This document shows, in pieces, positions 1 through 12,580 of a DNA stretch of 64,000 bases (positions within the stretch are counted from its first letter, which is position 1; each line of letters starts with the position of its first letter). Both the position numbers and the translations under genes were made by a program. The notes below the pieces were generated by a model. It was not told the origin of the DNA and did not search any database. It saw only the letters and a list, made by a program, of their open reading frames with translations. The stretch comes from Amoebophrya sp. A120 (Eukaryota > Protista > Dinoflagellata): NCBI GenBank assembly GCA_905178155.1, contig CAJINV010000021.1:974449-1038448 (forward strand), read 5' to 3'.

Positions 1-83
1 TCAGGCGCTGCCTGTAAATTATCGTCCACAGCAAGGATTTCATTTCCAATGCCGTACTGCCCCCGCCGCCGCCGCGCATACAT

Positions 84-3000
84 TCACATGAAATCGAAAT
101 GCTGCGCGAGGTCGCTGGATTCCGATTCAGACCCATCTCCGTCCCCACCCTCGCTCTCCTCGTCCGCGTCCAGCTCAAATTCGACGGCTTCCATCACTGG
201 ACGGGTCAGCGGAGCTTGGTGGGCGGCTGGTCGTGCTGGGGCAGCTTCCACTTGCCGCCGTGGTTCTTGCGGTGGTGCTGCAAAAATCGCGCCAGGGGTT
301 CCTGCCGCACTAGGTGTAGTGCTACTCGTAGCTCCTCCTGGTGCTCTACCTGCTGTAGTGCCACTACCACCGCAATGGAAGTTGTTTGATGATGACGAGG
401 ATGTTGACGTCGCAGCAGGAGCAGAAGTTGTCGGCCGTGCTAAATGGTTTTGCGTGTTGCTCCGTTCACCTCCTGCAAGAAGATGTTGATTTAACGATGA
501 AGGCGCTGCAGCCAGTTGTCCCGCTTCGTGCGGATCTGGTGCGGACGAGGTGGCTCCACCGATGTTGTTCACAGGAGTAGTCCAAGACTCAACCTCGTTC
601 TGGTTCTGAACAATTGCATACGGAGTGCTGGAGGGAACAGCTGTACTTGTACTACCCCTCGCGGGAGGAAAGGGGCACACAGCAGGCACGGAGATCGACG
701 ACGATGGTGGAAACCCTGCGAACGGCGGCGCGACAGGAACAGGTCGTGAGCCTCCACCAGCATGAAGGGGATCAGCAACAGAACCTGCTCCTCCACCGTC
801 GAGGAGCACGTGCTGGCCACCGCTGCTAAAGGTAGTAGTTGTTGCCAGCGGAAAGGTGGAAGAACTGGCGTGGTGCTGCAGAAAAGACTGATCTTGGTAA
901 ACAGCCACCGGAAACAAGATAACTTGCTGCTGCAACTGCTGTTGCATGTCCGCGAGAGAAGAAGCACCACAACTGGTGGAAGAGCTAGTATTACAACTGT
1001 GGAGCTGCAGGACATTTGCGATTTCGCTTGTAGTTTGCGCGCACGGATATTGATGGCAATTCTGTTGCGCTGGTGGGTGCGATTGCGATTGCTGACTGGA
1101 AGCAGTCAGGGGCACCACCCAAGGCAGTAGTTCTTGCGCCATCGGTTGTTCGTGTGCAGAAGCTGCTCCCGAGAAAGAGGACATTCGAGGAGGAGCATTG
1201 CATTCCATTGCCCCCGCACTCCCGGGCAGTATTGCATTTCTTGCAGCGTCAACATCCATGGTACTGGCAGGCGGAACTCCCGAAGCTAAAGGAAATAACG
1301 CTGGGCCTGAACAAGTTGCAGTAAAACTGGAACAAGTACTAGTTGCAGGCGCAATTCCAATCGTAGTTGCGCCGGTCGACGTCGCAGTTTCTTTTACCTG
1401 CTCAACAGAAGCGTTCATCTGCAGCATATCGAAGCTGGGCTCTTGCTGATCTTCCTGCACCACCGCTATGTCGCTTTGTTTGGCAAGAGGGAAAACTCCC
1501 GGACCTGCTGCGCTGGTGTTAATATCGTCCCAGGAGTCCCAAGAATCTTCCCCAGAGCGCGCATCATGATCTTCGCACAAATCTTCGTTTTCCTCCTCCT
1601 CGTCAATATCCTGATCAATTTCGGTTACTGCCAGCGGATGTTGCGGTTGCGAAATCTTTATTCGCGGGGCATTCGCATGAAGATTTTTGTCTTGTGCAGA
1701 AGTCGTGTGGCGGATCTTCATGGCGTCGTGGTCCTGTGGAACTGCGACTGGAACTGCTTGTCCTTGCTGCTCGTCTTCTTGTCGTCCAGCCTGTGGTTGT
1801 TCGTCAGTTGTTTTCATGCAGGTCGTTTTGGTTGCTCGACTGCTGGAACTGGTGGTGCCAGTAGTGTAGTTTTTAGTGCTACCAGGCTCAGCCAGGGGAC
1901 GTCGTCCAGATGCCGTTGCAGCTACAGCTTCTGCTTCCTTTAAAAAAGCCCCACTCGAGGACGCAGCAGGTGGTGGAACTGCAACGTTTTTGATATCGCC
2001 CGTTTCAATTACATCGTGCTCTTGGTCCTTTCGCCGACCTCGCTGCACTCTCGAAGTAGAAGTACTTCTACTTCTACCCTTCCGCCGGCTATCGCCAGCT
2101 CGCCTTTTCTTCTGACGTTCATCTTTCCGACTCTGATGTTTTCGGGCAGCGAAATGGCCACTGCTTCTCCTCGACGCACCACGGCGTTCGCTTCGGCTTC
2201 TTGGGCTCTTGCCGGATGGCGGCCCACCCGACTGCGACGTCGCAGCGCGCCGATCTATCTTCTTGACGGGAGACAACGGCACGCGAGCTGCTTTTGCTTG
2301 TCCTGGTCCTGGCGCGCCGAGCAACACCGGAAGGTCGTCGTATTGGGCCGAGCCCGGCTCGTCGTTCTGTGCACAAGAAGTTCCGGCGTGCGCGTTCCCG
2401 TCCGGAAAATTTTTCTTGTTCATTCCCGGGCCCCCGACGTAGTCTACTCCAGGGAACGCCGAGGGCGCAGCCGCAAATGGCACAACGGTAATGTTCTTGT
2501 TTCTCACCGTTTTACCGCTTGTAGTCGCTTTTGACGCCATTGAAAAATTGATCTTGCTACCAAACGTCGGGTGCTGTGTAGCAGTTTTGGCGGTTTTACT
2601 TTGAACTTGATGCTCACTGGATCCTATCCTCCCTGGATTCATTTCTCGTTTTTTTTCCCGATCATCCGGTAGAAGGTCTTCATCCTCTACTTCATTCCGC
2701 GCTGATGACGACACGGCTTCGGCTGGTGTGCCCGCACTAGATTTTGCGTTGTTCTTGTTAACCACTTGGACCACGCTCGGTCCTCCGTCGTTGTCCTTCT
2801 GCTTTTTCTTGCGATCATGTTGAGGATGTATCTGTGCGGGAGATGTTGATAAGATGGGATCAAGATTGGTCGGCTTCAAGTTCAGGTCCTCTTCCGCCTG
2901 TTGTTGCTTTTTCCGTCTCTTCATTTTTGGCACGAGACTACTTTCCCAACTGTGGTCCACCTCGTCTTGTACTTGCAGGTGTTCTTGTTCTGAGCTGGAT

Positions 3001-6000
3001 TTATTTTCATTATCTGGTGCTTCTTGTAATTGTGAAAAACTGGGACAACATGATGACTCATGATTAGCGCCGCCCCGATCTTGTTCAGGAGCAACCGGTG
3101 AAAACACCGGCTGTACTTTACGACCTCCACGTGTTGAGGCCACATTCTCGTGGTCATCTGCCAAGGCGGCCGCTCCTCGTCGAGATCTAGTTTTATTCTT
3201 CACTTCTTGACGGCTTTTTGGGCCGTCTGCAGCATGAGCTCCATCTTCCTGTTCATCCTCGTCGTCTTGTTCAGGACTGCAGCCGGTTTGATACTCACAT
3301 CGTGCTCGTCGTGGCGCCTCACGACCGGATCCAGACTGGGATCTGGATCCACGGTCTCCAGGAAACAAAGACCTGCGTCCTCTCGCAAGTAAGCGGGCTC
3401 CTCTGTCGTGCTCGTGCTCGTCCGAGTGAGAGTTGTCGTGTGCGCCGGGGGGATGATGAGAGGCTATTTCACCAGCAGAGTCGGACTCGTCGTCGTCGAC
3501 GTCGTCAGATGAAATTATACCAGCATCTTCGCGAACGCGACTCCGACTGGCACTACTTCTCCTCCTGTTCCTCGCCTTTCTAGTTTTGCCCTTGGAAACT
3601 TTCGTTTTCCGATGTTTGTTCTTCCGTCCTCGAGTGGCGTCCCTTCTATCCTCTTCTGATGAGCCTGTGCGCTTTATTCGTTTCCGGTCGATTCTTCTTG
3701 ACGATAACCTTTCTCTTTTTGAAGACGTCTCCGAAGGAGAATTTTCGTCGTCCCCGTCGTCGGTATGAACAACATTCTTGGCGTTGACTTTACTGCTTTG
3801 GACCACTTCGCTCTCGATACAGTTGTCCGAGTCCTCGTTTATTTCAGCATCAGATCCTGCTTCTGAACCGGCGCACGCCTCGCTATCAATCCTACCCCGT
3901 CGCCGCGGTCCAGCACTTCCACCTGAAGATGATTCCTCGAGGTCGTCACAGTCTACACCGGATGAAGAAGAAGAGCCACCACTTGCCGAGTAGTTTCTCT
4001 TGCGCTTTTTCTTGCTTTTCATCTTTTTGCTCCTCTTTTTCGATTTCGCAGCTGCCTTTTTCCTTCTACGACGTCGATCCCGCTCATGCGAGGAACTTCT
4101 GGAAGATCGCGATCGTTTCAGGTTTCTACTTCGGCGAGGACGCTTTTTTTCCTTCTTCCGCCTGTGGAGGATGCGGGCCTTGTTTTTGCAGTTGCTTTGA
4201 TGGTCCTCAGAGTCCGAGTCGTCCGCTTCATCAGAAGAGGACATCTTCATGCGGCTGGAAGTAGACAAGGCCTGACTTCTGTCCACCCTTCGACTGCTTC
4301 TGTTTCGACGACGTCCGCTTCTCTTCTTCCACTTGCTACCACGATGAGGACCACCACCACGTCTAGTGCCTCTACTATCTTCCCGGAGGCTATTCTTATT
4401 TCGGACGCGTGAGGACGAAGATCGCCGTGTTGTCTTACTCTTAGAGCGAGACTCTTGGCGGAGGCGGCGACGAGAAAGGCTTCTACTTCTACTTCTACTT
4501 CCGGAAGTAGCTCTTTTGCTTTTGCTACTGTCCCTCCTGCGTCGGTCCCGGCGACCCTCACTACTTCTTCGGGGTGTTGAACCCCAACCGGAATGTATCC
4601 ACAAAAGAAACAGACCCATGATCCCCAGCTAATTTGTCATGCAAAACATGCATAAAAGGTTATGTCAACATGCAGTTGCAGGAAATGGATGGGGACGAGA
4701 TCATCTGTGTTTTATTTTCCTGGATACACCACCTCCTCTTCTTCCTACTGTCGCCCCGCGCCGCTGATGTTGGTCCACCCTCGTCTTGATGCGACGCCCA
4801 GCTTCGGGGGTCGTTCCTTCGGCCCTTTCTACTTGTTTTCTCCCCCAAAAACTGTTTCCACATCTTCTCCACCCTGGAATTATCGGGCAGGTCAAAAGCG
4901 ACGACTGCGTCAATGGGCGGCGGTTTCAGCGTTGTCCGCTCCTCGAATTCTTTTGGCAGGCACCACCTTGAGAAATACGTTACGGCTCCGCTCGCGGGCG
5001 AAAACAGGGGCACGGAGGTCTGCGGGACCGGGTCACCCGCATAATCCGCCCGCTCCTCCGACCGGTGGGCCTCGTTGGCATAGGGGCTCTGTTGCACGGT
5101 GTAGATGTGCTGCTGTGGCTGAGTGACATGATGGCAGGCGGACACGTCGAGGAGCCGGAGCCGGGTATGATAATATCCCGTTTCGCCATCTGGACCCGGG
5201 CGTCGGGCCAGCTCGCAGCCAATCTCGTTGACCAGAAACGTCGCCCGCACCCAGGTATGCATTGCAAAAGTAATATCGCATTCGCACTCGTATAAATGCA
5301 TTTACAAATTTCCTCAGCATCAGTAATGCGGATTTAGATTAACCTTAACTTTGTTCAAGAAAAAGATTTGGTTAACAGACCAGAATCTCAACGTTCTTGT
5401 CTCAACGTTCATGAGGCCGCCGGGCAATCGTCTCAACGATTGCCCGGCGGCCTCAAACAACGGCCGTCGGCAGCGGCGGAGAGGTACGAGCACCACCATT
5501 GACGCGAGGCAGGGTCGGTGAGACACAAAGGGCGGAAGGGCGCGGCAACACAGACGGGCAGGGGCGCGGGTGCGAAACACAACACAAGGAAAGAAGAGAG
5601 TCGTCGGCCAGGGCAGCCGCCGCCGGCCGGCCGGCCGGCCGGCGGCTGCCCTGGCCGACGACCAGAACCCCAAACCCTAGACCCTAAGCCCAAACCTAAA
5701 CGGTGCCGAAGTTGAGACGTCGGAGTCAACGTTGGGACGTTTTGTCTCAACGTTGAGACAAATGGGCGGAGTTGAGATTTTGGTTTGTCAACCAAAAGAT
5801 TTGCAACGCATGGCTGCAATTCCTACGAGTGCGACACTTTTGCACAGGATACCAGGCCGGCAGGGTGATCCGGACGGGGAGGTACCAACACTCGTACCGG
5901 TCCTGCGGAATGGCCTCGGGGTAGACCGGGTTTTTCATGAAGGCAGTTAACAGGGCCACGAGCGCCTCCCCGCCCAAGAGGCGCTTCGGCGCGAAGGTAT

Positions 6001-9000
6001 TTTTGTCCTCCTCAATCACGCTGGTGTTCTTCAGGCACAGGCTCCGCACCGGGTAATCGCTGTGCAACACGTAGTCCGCCAAGACCGCAAGCGTTTTCGG
6101 CGACAAGCTCAGGTTCTCGGACAGGTCCAGTTCCAACACACTGATTCGGAAGCAGTGGAACATTTTCAGGTATTTTACAACATCCTGGTCCCGTATGGAA
6201 GCGTCAGGTTTGAAATCGTCAAAGTTGAAATAATTTGTAATGCATAAAATACATGACGCGAAATACGTGTGTTGCAGAGCAGGCAAGTGAGGCCGATTGT
6301 AAGCCTGGCTGGGGTTATAGCTCGAGCTGCTAAAGCAGCATGAGAGAGTCACTCTTCTTTGCCTAAACAGCATTACAAACTGGATTTAGGCACCTCCAGA
6401 ATTTGTCATGATGCGCCACTTAGAAACTGGGTTCGAAATGGAATCCATTTTATGCATGACAAATCATTTCGATTTTGTCAATTTCGATTCTGACACTTCC
6501 ATATCCCGTAGCTGCATTTGCCGCATGCGCACCGCCTGCAAAAACTTTTTGAACAGGTTACTGCACATGCCCGACTGCCCGTTGCGCTCGAAAAACTGCG
6601 TCGCGGCCACCTCTCGCTTGTTCCGCTCCTTCTTCGCCACGCGCTGAGCCACATACTGCTCCACGTCTTCTTCGCTGCTCACGTTTTCGTTTCCCTCGGG
6701 GTCTTTTTTACAAGAAGTAGAAGCGGCGTTCTTGTTCTTCGGGTGAGCAGCAGTCTCAGTCTCTACAAGAACTTCCGTGGTTTTACTACTTTTTGCTTTT
6801 ATTGCAGAGATCTCGGTCGTTGTTGTAGTTGAGTAATTTGAAGACTTCGATTCCTGCTTTTGTCCTTCGATGTTTCCGACACTTGTAGTACTCCTTCTGC
6901 GAAGAGAACTTTTATCTCTGCCCTCTCCATTAGAGGATTCCTTCTGCACATCGTCCTCGGTTGCGGCTGCAACTACTCTGGGTCCTCGCAATTCCCAATC
7001 ACGCCTCAGTTCCTGAAGAATGGATTGCAAAGACTCCTCGATACAGGCCACTGTCGGATAAGGATTAGAAGTCGCAGAAGCAGGAGCGCTTGCAGTTTTT
7101 TTTCCGCTTGTCTGTCTTTGTTCCACCCCAGACATTGAGTTTAGATTTTTAGTCTCGGAACAAGTCGTCTTGCTTGCACAGGCATTGGCAGTGGCCCCGA
7201 TCTTCCTCGTGTTCTTGGCGCTGCTGCACTCGTCGTCACGCGCCTTGTCGCTGTGTGTGAGCCACTGCCTGTGCTGGTCCACGAACCAGCACAGAAGGAT
7301 ATTCAACAACACCTCGTGCCCGGCGTTCCCACCGAAGTCGTCTGTCCGCAGAGTCAGTGTCTGGATTTGCACCCTGACGCGCGAACCGTCGATTTGCGTG
7401 CTCGTCGCACCGCGCCAGCGGCCGTGCTCCCAGCCGTTGCACCGGCGAACGTCGTACTGGCGATACCGGTAAACGTCGTAGTTCTCGTGGGATTTCACGA
7501 TTTTATCCAGCGTGGCCCGATAGAAGTCGCGGAATTTCGTGGTCAATTTCATCTTCGTCATCTGTTGCAACGAGGCCGGCGGAAAGGAAGAAACCTCCGC
7601 GAGTAACGCTGCGCGCATATCATCGCCGAGGACGTCCACACCTGTGTGCAAAAGGAACTTCGGGATCATACCGGTCGTCTCACGTGGTACTGCAACTGTT
7701 CCTGCGAGCGGAAGAAGCGGACGAAGGCCGCCTCGTCCAGGAGGCATTTTTGGGACTAGTGTGCGACTATGATGCTCGAGGGGGTTTAATATCGCGAGGG
7801 CCGGTTTCTTACTGCTGATGAACTGTTGCCCAGCTTCGCTTTCTGATCCGCTTCCGCTCTGCGACGATGAAGAGATAATATCCAGTGCAAAAGTATCGCA
7901 CTCGTACTGCTTGTGTAGTACTTAATTCATCCAGCCATACATGAAAAAAAAAAATCTCCCTTATTAGAAAGTAGGTAAATCAGCATATACAAATTCCTCT
8001 TTTGAACTTGAAAAAAATTGTCATGCAATAACTACTAGCACGTTACTTTTGCAATGCACAGGAGAGCGACGCCTGCAGTTCCGCGCGGGTCTTCTTTGAG
8101 TTGGGAACTGGACAACGAGGACGACCCGTAGTTGTTCTTTTCTCAGAAGTGCCACCGGAACAAACCACAGGTCGATGCACAAGCCCCGCCGGCGCGGCAG
8201 AACTTGACGACGTGCTGGAGGTGGGATTTTCACCCAAAGCTAGGCTATGCAGTGGCGCTCCTGGAGGTGCTCTTGCGGAGGGTAAAGCTGATCCCGGCAC
8301 AGCACCGGTCGGCTGCGTCAAACAACTGAAGCTGCTGTAGGGGTCGACCACGCCATAGCTGGTTTTTCCGCCTAGGACATTCGCGTTTGAGTTTGACCCA
8401 GCTCCACCACCAGCACCGATGCCATAGTACAAGTGGTTCTTATGTCCACCACCGCTTGCAGTCGCCGCCGCTATTTGCTGGAAGTACGCTCCCGCGGCTA
8501 GCAGCCCCTGGGCGAAAGCCTGCTGGTGGGCGGCCAAGCCCATTGCTCCGGCCGCTTGGTGCGCCGAGGCGGTGAAGCTTCCAGGGGCGTTATGGATGTG
8601 TCAGGTTTGAAATCGTCAGAGTTGAAATAGTTTGCCATGCATAAAACAGATACCAGTTAGACCTACAGTTTGTAGTCGGTGCATGACAAATTTCCCCGGT
8701 CCTGGAAGCGAGTCTGTCATGCGGTTTAGGGCAAAAAAGCTGCCTTCTGTCATGCAAGTCAGCAGTCCAACTTTTGACCCTTACCAGGACTATAATCTGC
8801 CTCCCGTGGGTCCTCTGCAATAGAGTCACTTTTTGTATCGCATTTTATGCATTACAAATTATTTCAACTTTGACGATTTCAAACCTAACGCTTCCATATG
8901 CGTTCTGGTAATCGTAGAATAACGGCTGCATCGTCTGGTAATCGTTATGGCCCGGACAACTCGGGATTTGAAAAGTAGTTTATGCAATACAAATTTCCTG

Positions 9001-11029
9001 TACATGTACAAAATGCATCACAAATTTCACCAACTTGGAGCATGCCACTTGTCATGCTGAATCGAATTAAAAGGAAGCTTTGTCATGCAGAAACTGCATT
9101 TGTACATGTACAGGAAATTTACTGTGGATATAGTTTTTTCTTTTCATACAGCTACTTTGGCGAACCTCTGCCCGCCCCTAAAGGGATTACGTATCTATTA
9201 TCTAGCTCAAGGCAGCTCCTACTAAACTAGATAGATAATGTAGCTGAGGTAATGAACTAGAAGAATGAAGGGTCTCCGGCTCCGGCTGTTACAAGTTCGA
9301 GACGAGTCTGAGCCTTGCGCTTCTTCCTCTCGACTTGCCCTCCCGATGTGGGCTGGAGGAAGTCCCTTTAGGGATACCCTCTTCAGGGGGGGTGAAGGGG
9401 TATATGGATTTTCGGGCGAAGGGGGGGATCAGTCAGGGGGATCATGATCCCCCCTGATGATCCCCTCAGAAATGCGGCAAGAAAAATTCAGCATAGCACG
9501 CAGGCTAGCTTCAAAAGGGGGGGATCGAATAAAGAGGGGATCTTTATCCCCCCCAAATCGGGGCGGATTTTGGGGGATCGGCAGGGGGGATCAGTCAGGG
9601 GGGGTCATCCAGTAGGGGATGAACCATCCCCCCCGGGGGGGTGAACAATCCCCCCTGAAGGAAAAAATACAAATAGCCAAGATATGCACCCTCCGGGATC
9701 GCGTCACACAGGTTTCCGCATCCGGAAAAGCAACAGCCGGAGCCGGGGACCCGTCTTCTAGTTCATCAGATAGCTAGCCTACCTACGTAAGTACACCAGT
9801 AGCTACCCCAAGCGGGACCAAAAGTAAGTATTTCATTCAGGCGTGGCAGAAGGGTCGCCGAAGTGGCTATATTAAAAAAAAAATCGTAGAATAACGGCTG
9901 CATCGTCTGGTAATCGTACTGTTGGTAGCCCTATCAAATGTAAAAATGTCTGGGTCTGGAAGAGTTGGAACTTGTCATGCTAAATCTGAAGCATGCAAAA
10001 AATCTGTAATGCGTGATTACCAACAGCCGTCCTTTTTTACCAGGTTGAGAGGGAATTTCTCATGCAGGATAGCCATGATAGAGACCTCACAGACTTTGTC
10101 ATGCTAGGTGCTGCATTCTAAACCTTATGAGCCACAGAAAACCTGCATCACAAATCGCGCTTTCTTCCAGACCCAGACATTTTTGCATTTGATAAGCCCT
10201 TGCCCCGCGAGCCGCCCTTCTTAATGTTTCCCGGAGGTGGCGCAAAGGTGGAGTAACTAGTGCTCACCTCCTCGATTATATTGGCTGGGACGAACATAGG
10301 GCTGATAGTAGCGCCGTTCAAGTTGCTAGTGCAAGAACTACTACTCCCTGCAGCAGGAGTCATTTCGTTGGAGCTTATCCCGATCTTCATCCTCCCGCTA
10401 CTTGTGCAACTTCTGTCCCCTTCATCACGACTGTGGAGGTGGTTCTGCGATGAAATAAACGCTGCTTGGTCCTGGGACAAAAGCTGCTGAAACTGCTCCG
10501 CAACCAAATCTATACTCGACATAGAAGTAGATCCAGTAGTTCCACGGTTATTTTGCGCGCCCGCCCTTGTGTCACGCTCACGACCAGATGGCTCCTTCAT
10601 CATGTAATGAAGCTTGCTTTTAGTCGGAGGAGGAATAGACATAGAACCACTGCTTCTGGAAGAAGAGGACTGCTCACCTGGATTTGCTACATGAGGAGCC
10701 GCTGTACTACTTTTCGCTGATGTTGCAACCAGCTGAAATGTTGTTGAGCCAGGATCCTGCTGGGCTGGAGGAAATGCTGTCGTTTGTTGTTCCGTCGGGA
10801 ACTTAGTATGAGTATTCCGCGTAGCCGTGGTAGAACAACTAGAGCAGTCAACAGCTTGCGCACCTGCTCCTGGGTGGTCGTGAAAGACCCCGTGACTGGT
10901 CGTCCCCGCACAAGACGAAGATGGCGGAAATCGCCCTGACGAGGATGAAGCGGCCGCAGGTGTTGAAGATGTCGCACCGGCACAACTCTGGTTGAACTTG
11001 TAGCCCCGCCGCTTTGCCGTGTTTTCCAT
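84..11029 (-). CDS. Giant (~2727 aa) low-complexity protein with an LRR-like patch and an RS/K-rich region; 7 introns, all introner-derived
   Basis: ORFs 10148-11029, 8043-8543, 6464-7747, 5747-6373, 4660-5301 and 84-4619 join in frame when each element plus 5 nt is removed (RGKG|YQQYDYQ, QLRD|QDVVKY, LPAW|VRATF, RRWC|GWGS). 10946 nt minus 2762 nt of introns = 8184 nt, divisible by 3. LRR-like segment: LELDLSENLSLS...VRSLCLKNT. Confidence 0.75.
4596..4726. mobile_element. Decayed introner (family G-like), 131 bp
   Basis: tatccacaaaagaaacag...ctgtgttttattttcctggata ends; TSD eroded; removing element+5 nt keeps the frame. Confidence 0.6.
5256..5851. mobile_element. Introner family B containing a nested element
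   Basis: ccagg|tatgcattgcaaaag...cttttgcacaggata|ccagg. Confidence 0.9.
5368..5795. mobile_element. Nested 428-bp MITE with a different TIR (TTGGTT...)
   Basis: aagat|ttggttaacagaccagaatctcaac...gttgagattttggtttgtcaaccaa|aagat; 25-bp TIR with 3 mismatches; 5-bp TSD. Confidence 0.85.
6194..6503. mobile_element. Introner family C, 310 bp
   Basis: TSD tcccg; long TIR tatggaagcgtcaggtttgaaatcgtcaaagttgaaataatttgt. Confidence 0.92.
7879..8060. mobile_element. Decayed introner family B, 182 bp
   Basis: tatccagtgcaaaagtatcgcactcgta...cttttgcaatgcaca; TSD eroded; removing element+5 nt gives SLS|SSSSQSG in frame. Confidence 0.75.
8591..8898. mobile_element. Introner family C, 308 bp
   Basis: TSD ggcgt/tgcgt; family C TIRs. 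Confidence 0.9.
8946..9882. mobile_element. Composite intron: truncated introner plus a long-TIR element
   Basis: Flanked by atcgt inside a 36-bp direct repeat (8910-8945 and 9882-9917). The left part has the IR aaatttcctgtacatgtacaaa/tttgtacatgtacaggaaattt. Confidence 0.75.
9134..9882. mobile_element. ~750-bp element with ~160-bp imperfect TIRs and a G/C-tract core
   Basis: Left ttttttcttttcatacagctactttggcga...atgaactagaaga...ccggctccggctgtt mirrors right aacagccggagccgg...tcttctagttcat...tcgccgaagtggctatattaaaaaaaaa. Confidence 0.75.
9932..10194. mobile_element. Introner family A, 263 bp
   Basis: agccc|tatcaaatgtaaaaatgtctgggtctggaaga...tcttccagacccagacatttttgcatttgata|agccc. Confidence 0.95.
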
Positions 11030-11364
11030 GGAGATGCAGGGGAGAAAAGAACCTGAGGTTTGGGATAATTTTTTTTCACGAAAAACGGCACTTTGGTTTC
11101 ATCTGTCTCGGATCTTTGTGTTTTTCTTTATGTTCCATCTTCTTCACGCTTACAAGCTTTCGTGCTAATTTTCAGGCATCTTCGGTAGTGAAAAAGCAGC
11201 TAGGTGGATGCAAGAAAGACAAACACTACAATGCTGCAACAGGAGAAAAACCCGAACGAGCTGCCTACTACCAATATCATGGAAAGGACCGCCATGGATA
11301 TTACGAATTTCGTAATATCCATGGCGGTCCTTTCGGAAAGAATGTTTATTTAATACTGTGATTC

Positions 11365-11671
11365 TATGGATGTGTCAGAGTTGAAATCGACAAAGTTGAA
11401 ATAATTTGTCATGCATAAAATGGACGCCAGTTGGAACCCAGTTTCCAAGTGGCGCATGACAAATTTCGGCGGTCCCTAAATCCAGTTTGTCATGCTGTTT
11501 AGGCAAAGAAGAGCGATTTTCTCATGCTACTTTAGCAGCTCGAGCTGTAACCCCAAACAGGCTTACAATCGGCCTCACTTGCCTGCTCTGCAACGCACGT
11601 GCCTCGGGTCATGCATTTTATGCATTACAAATTATTTCAACTTTGACGATTTCAAACCTGACGCTCCCATA
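11365..11671. mobile_element. Family C element, 307 bp, opposite orientation to the 6194 copy; no clear host CDS
   Basis: TSD gattc; the internal sequence is the reverse complement of 6194-6503 (near-identical spurious ORFs 5747- and 11492+). Confidence 0.92.
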
Positions 11672-12580
11672 GATTCGATGCAGCTGCTGCTGCTGTCCGA
11701 CTGGGCCTCAAGATCGTCGACGAAGAGGACGCCGCTGCGCCGGCACCTCCAGGGTCACTCATGGTGCTTGCTGTCGTGGTCTGGGGGCCTCTACGTCGTC
11801 AATCTGTGCTTGTGGTTGTGCAAATGGCTATGGCAGGACTTCAGGAATGAAATAGTTGCAACGTACGGAAAGATGGTCATGAGGGTGCTGACCGTTCTCT
11901 TCAGTTTGTTCCATGCAGAGACTTGGTGTAATGTACTGCCCTTTTCGGATTTGGTAAATTTTGAAATTCATGTTCATCAAAAACAATGAAATACATAAAA
12001 GCAAATTAGTGCTTTTTCTGCGACAGGAACTGCCACAACATGCTCGGATCGCTACAACAACGGGCTAAAATTACGAATACACAAGGATGTTGTGCGTCAA
12101 CAGATATCAACATCCTTGTCTAGTAGGAAAAGGAAAGAAGAAAGCGAAAACGATAAACGAGTGTTGCTCGTCTAGACGACTAGGAGCTTTGCAACTTCTG
12201 CTGTGCCACCAGCACCATCAGCAAATCCACCGCCCTTGCAAGAGCAGGTATCATTTCAAAACTTTGCATACAGCATTGGCTTCTTCAACAACAATACGCA
12301 GCTCCCGTTGTTTACTTTTCGCATGTCTTCAGTCTTAACGTTCATCTCCGGCACTGTTCCAGCATCTTCTCAAGGGTCGAAAAATTGTCCCTAAATCATT
12401 TTTTTTGAATGAACAGGGGAAGGGGAAGCGCAAGTTGTTGTAGAAGCATACTCTAACTCCATAAATGTGCTGCATTAAAAATGTGCGTAGAGTTAGAGTC
12501 CACTACGCACCACTTCATCATGAGCAGTTCCTCATCTTCGAAAAAAAAAGAACTTTCATCTTTGTCCAGCAGAAAACTCC

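Noticed and set aside
49-4632. Numerous plus-strand ORFs opposite long minus-strand exons (also 39427-40533 and 41866-42546)
   Set aside because: They are antisense shadows of coding or GC-rich sequence with no motifs.
5666-5700. A true telomere or chromosome end
   Set aside because: The tract is short, degenerate and internal to a nested element.
11492-11989. Apparent paralogous ORFs MLFRQRR...FDDFKPDA (11492+ and 5747-), and MQVSK...HPVHSITNS (18643-, 22353-, 45373+)
   Set aside because: The shared parts lie entirely inside family C or family E elements.
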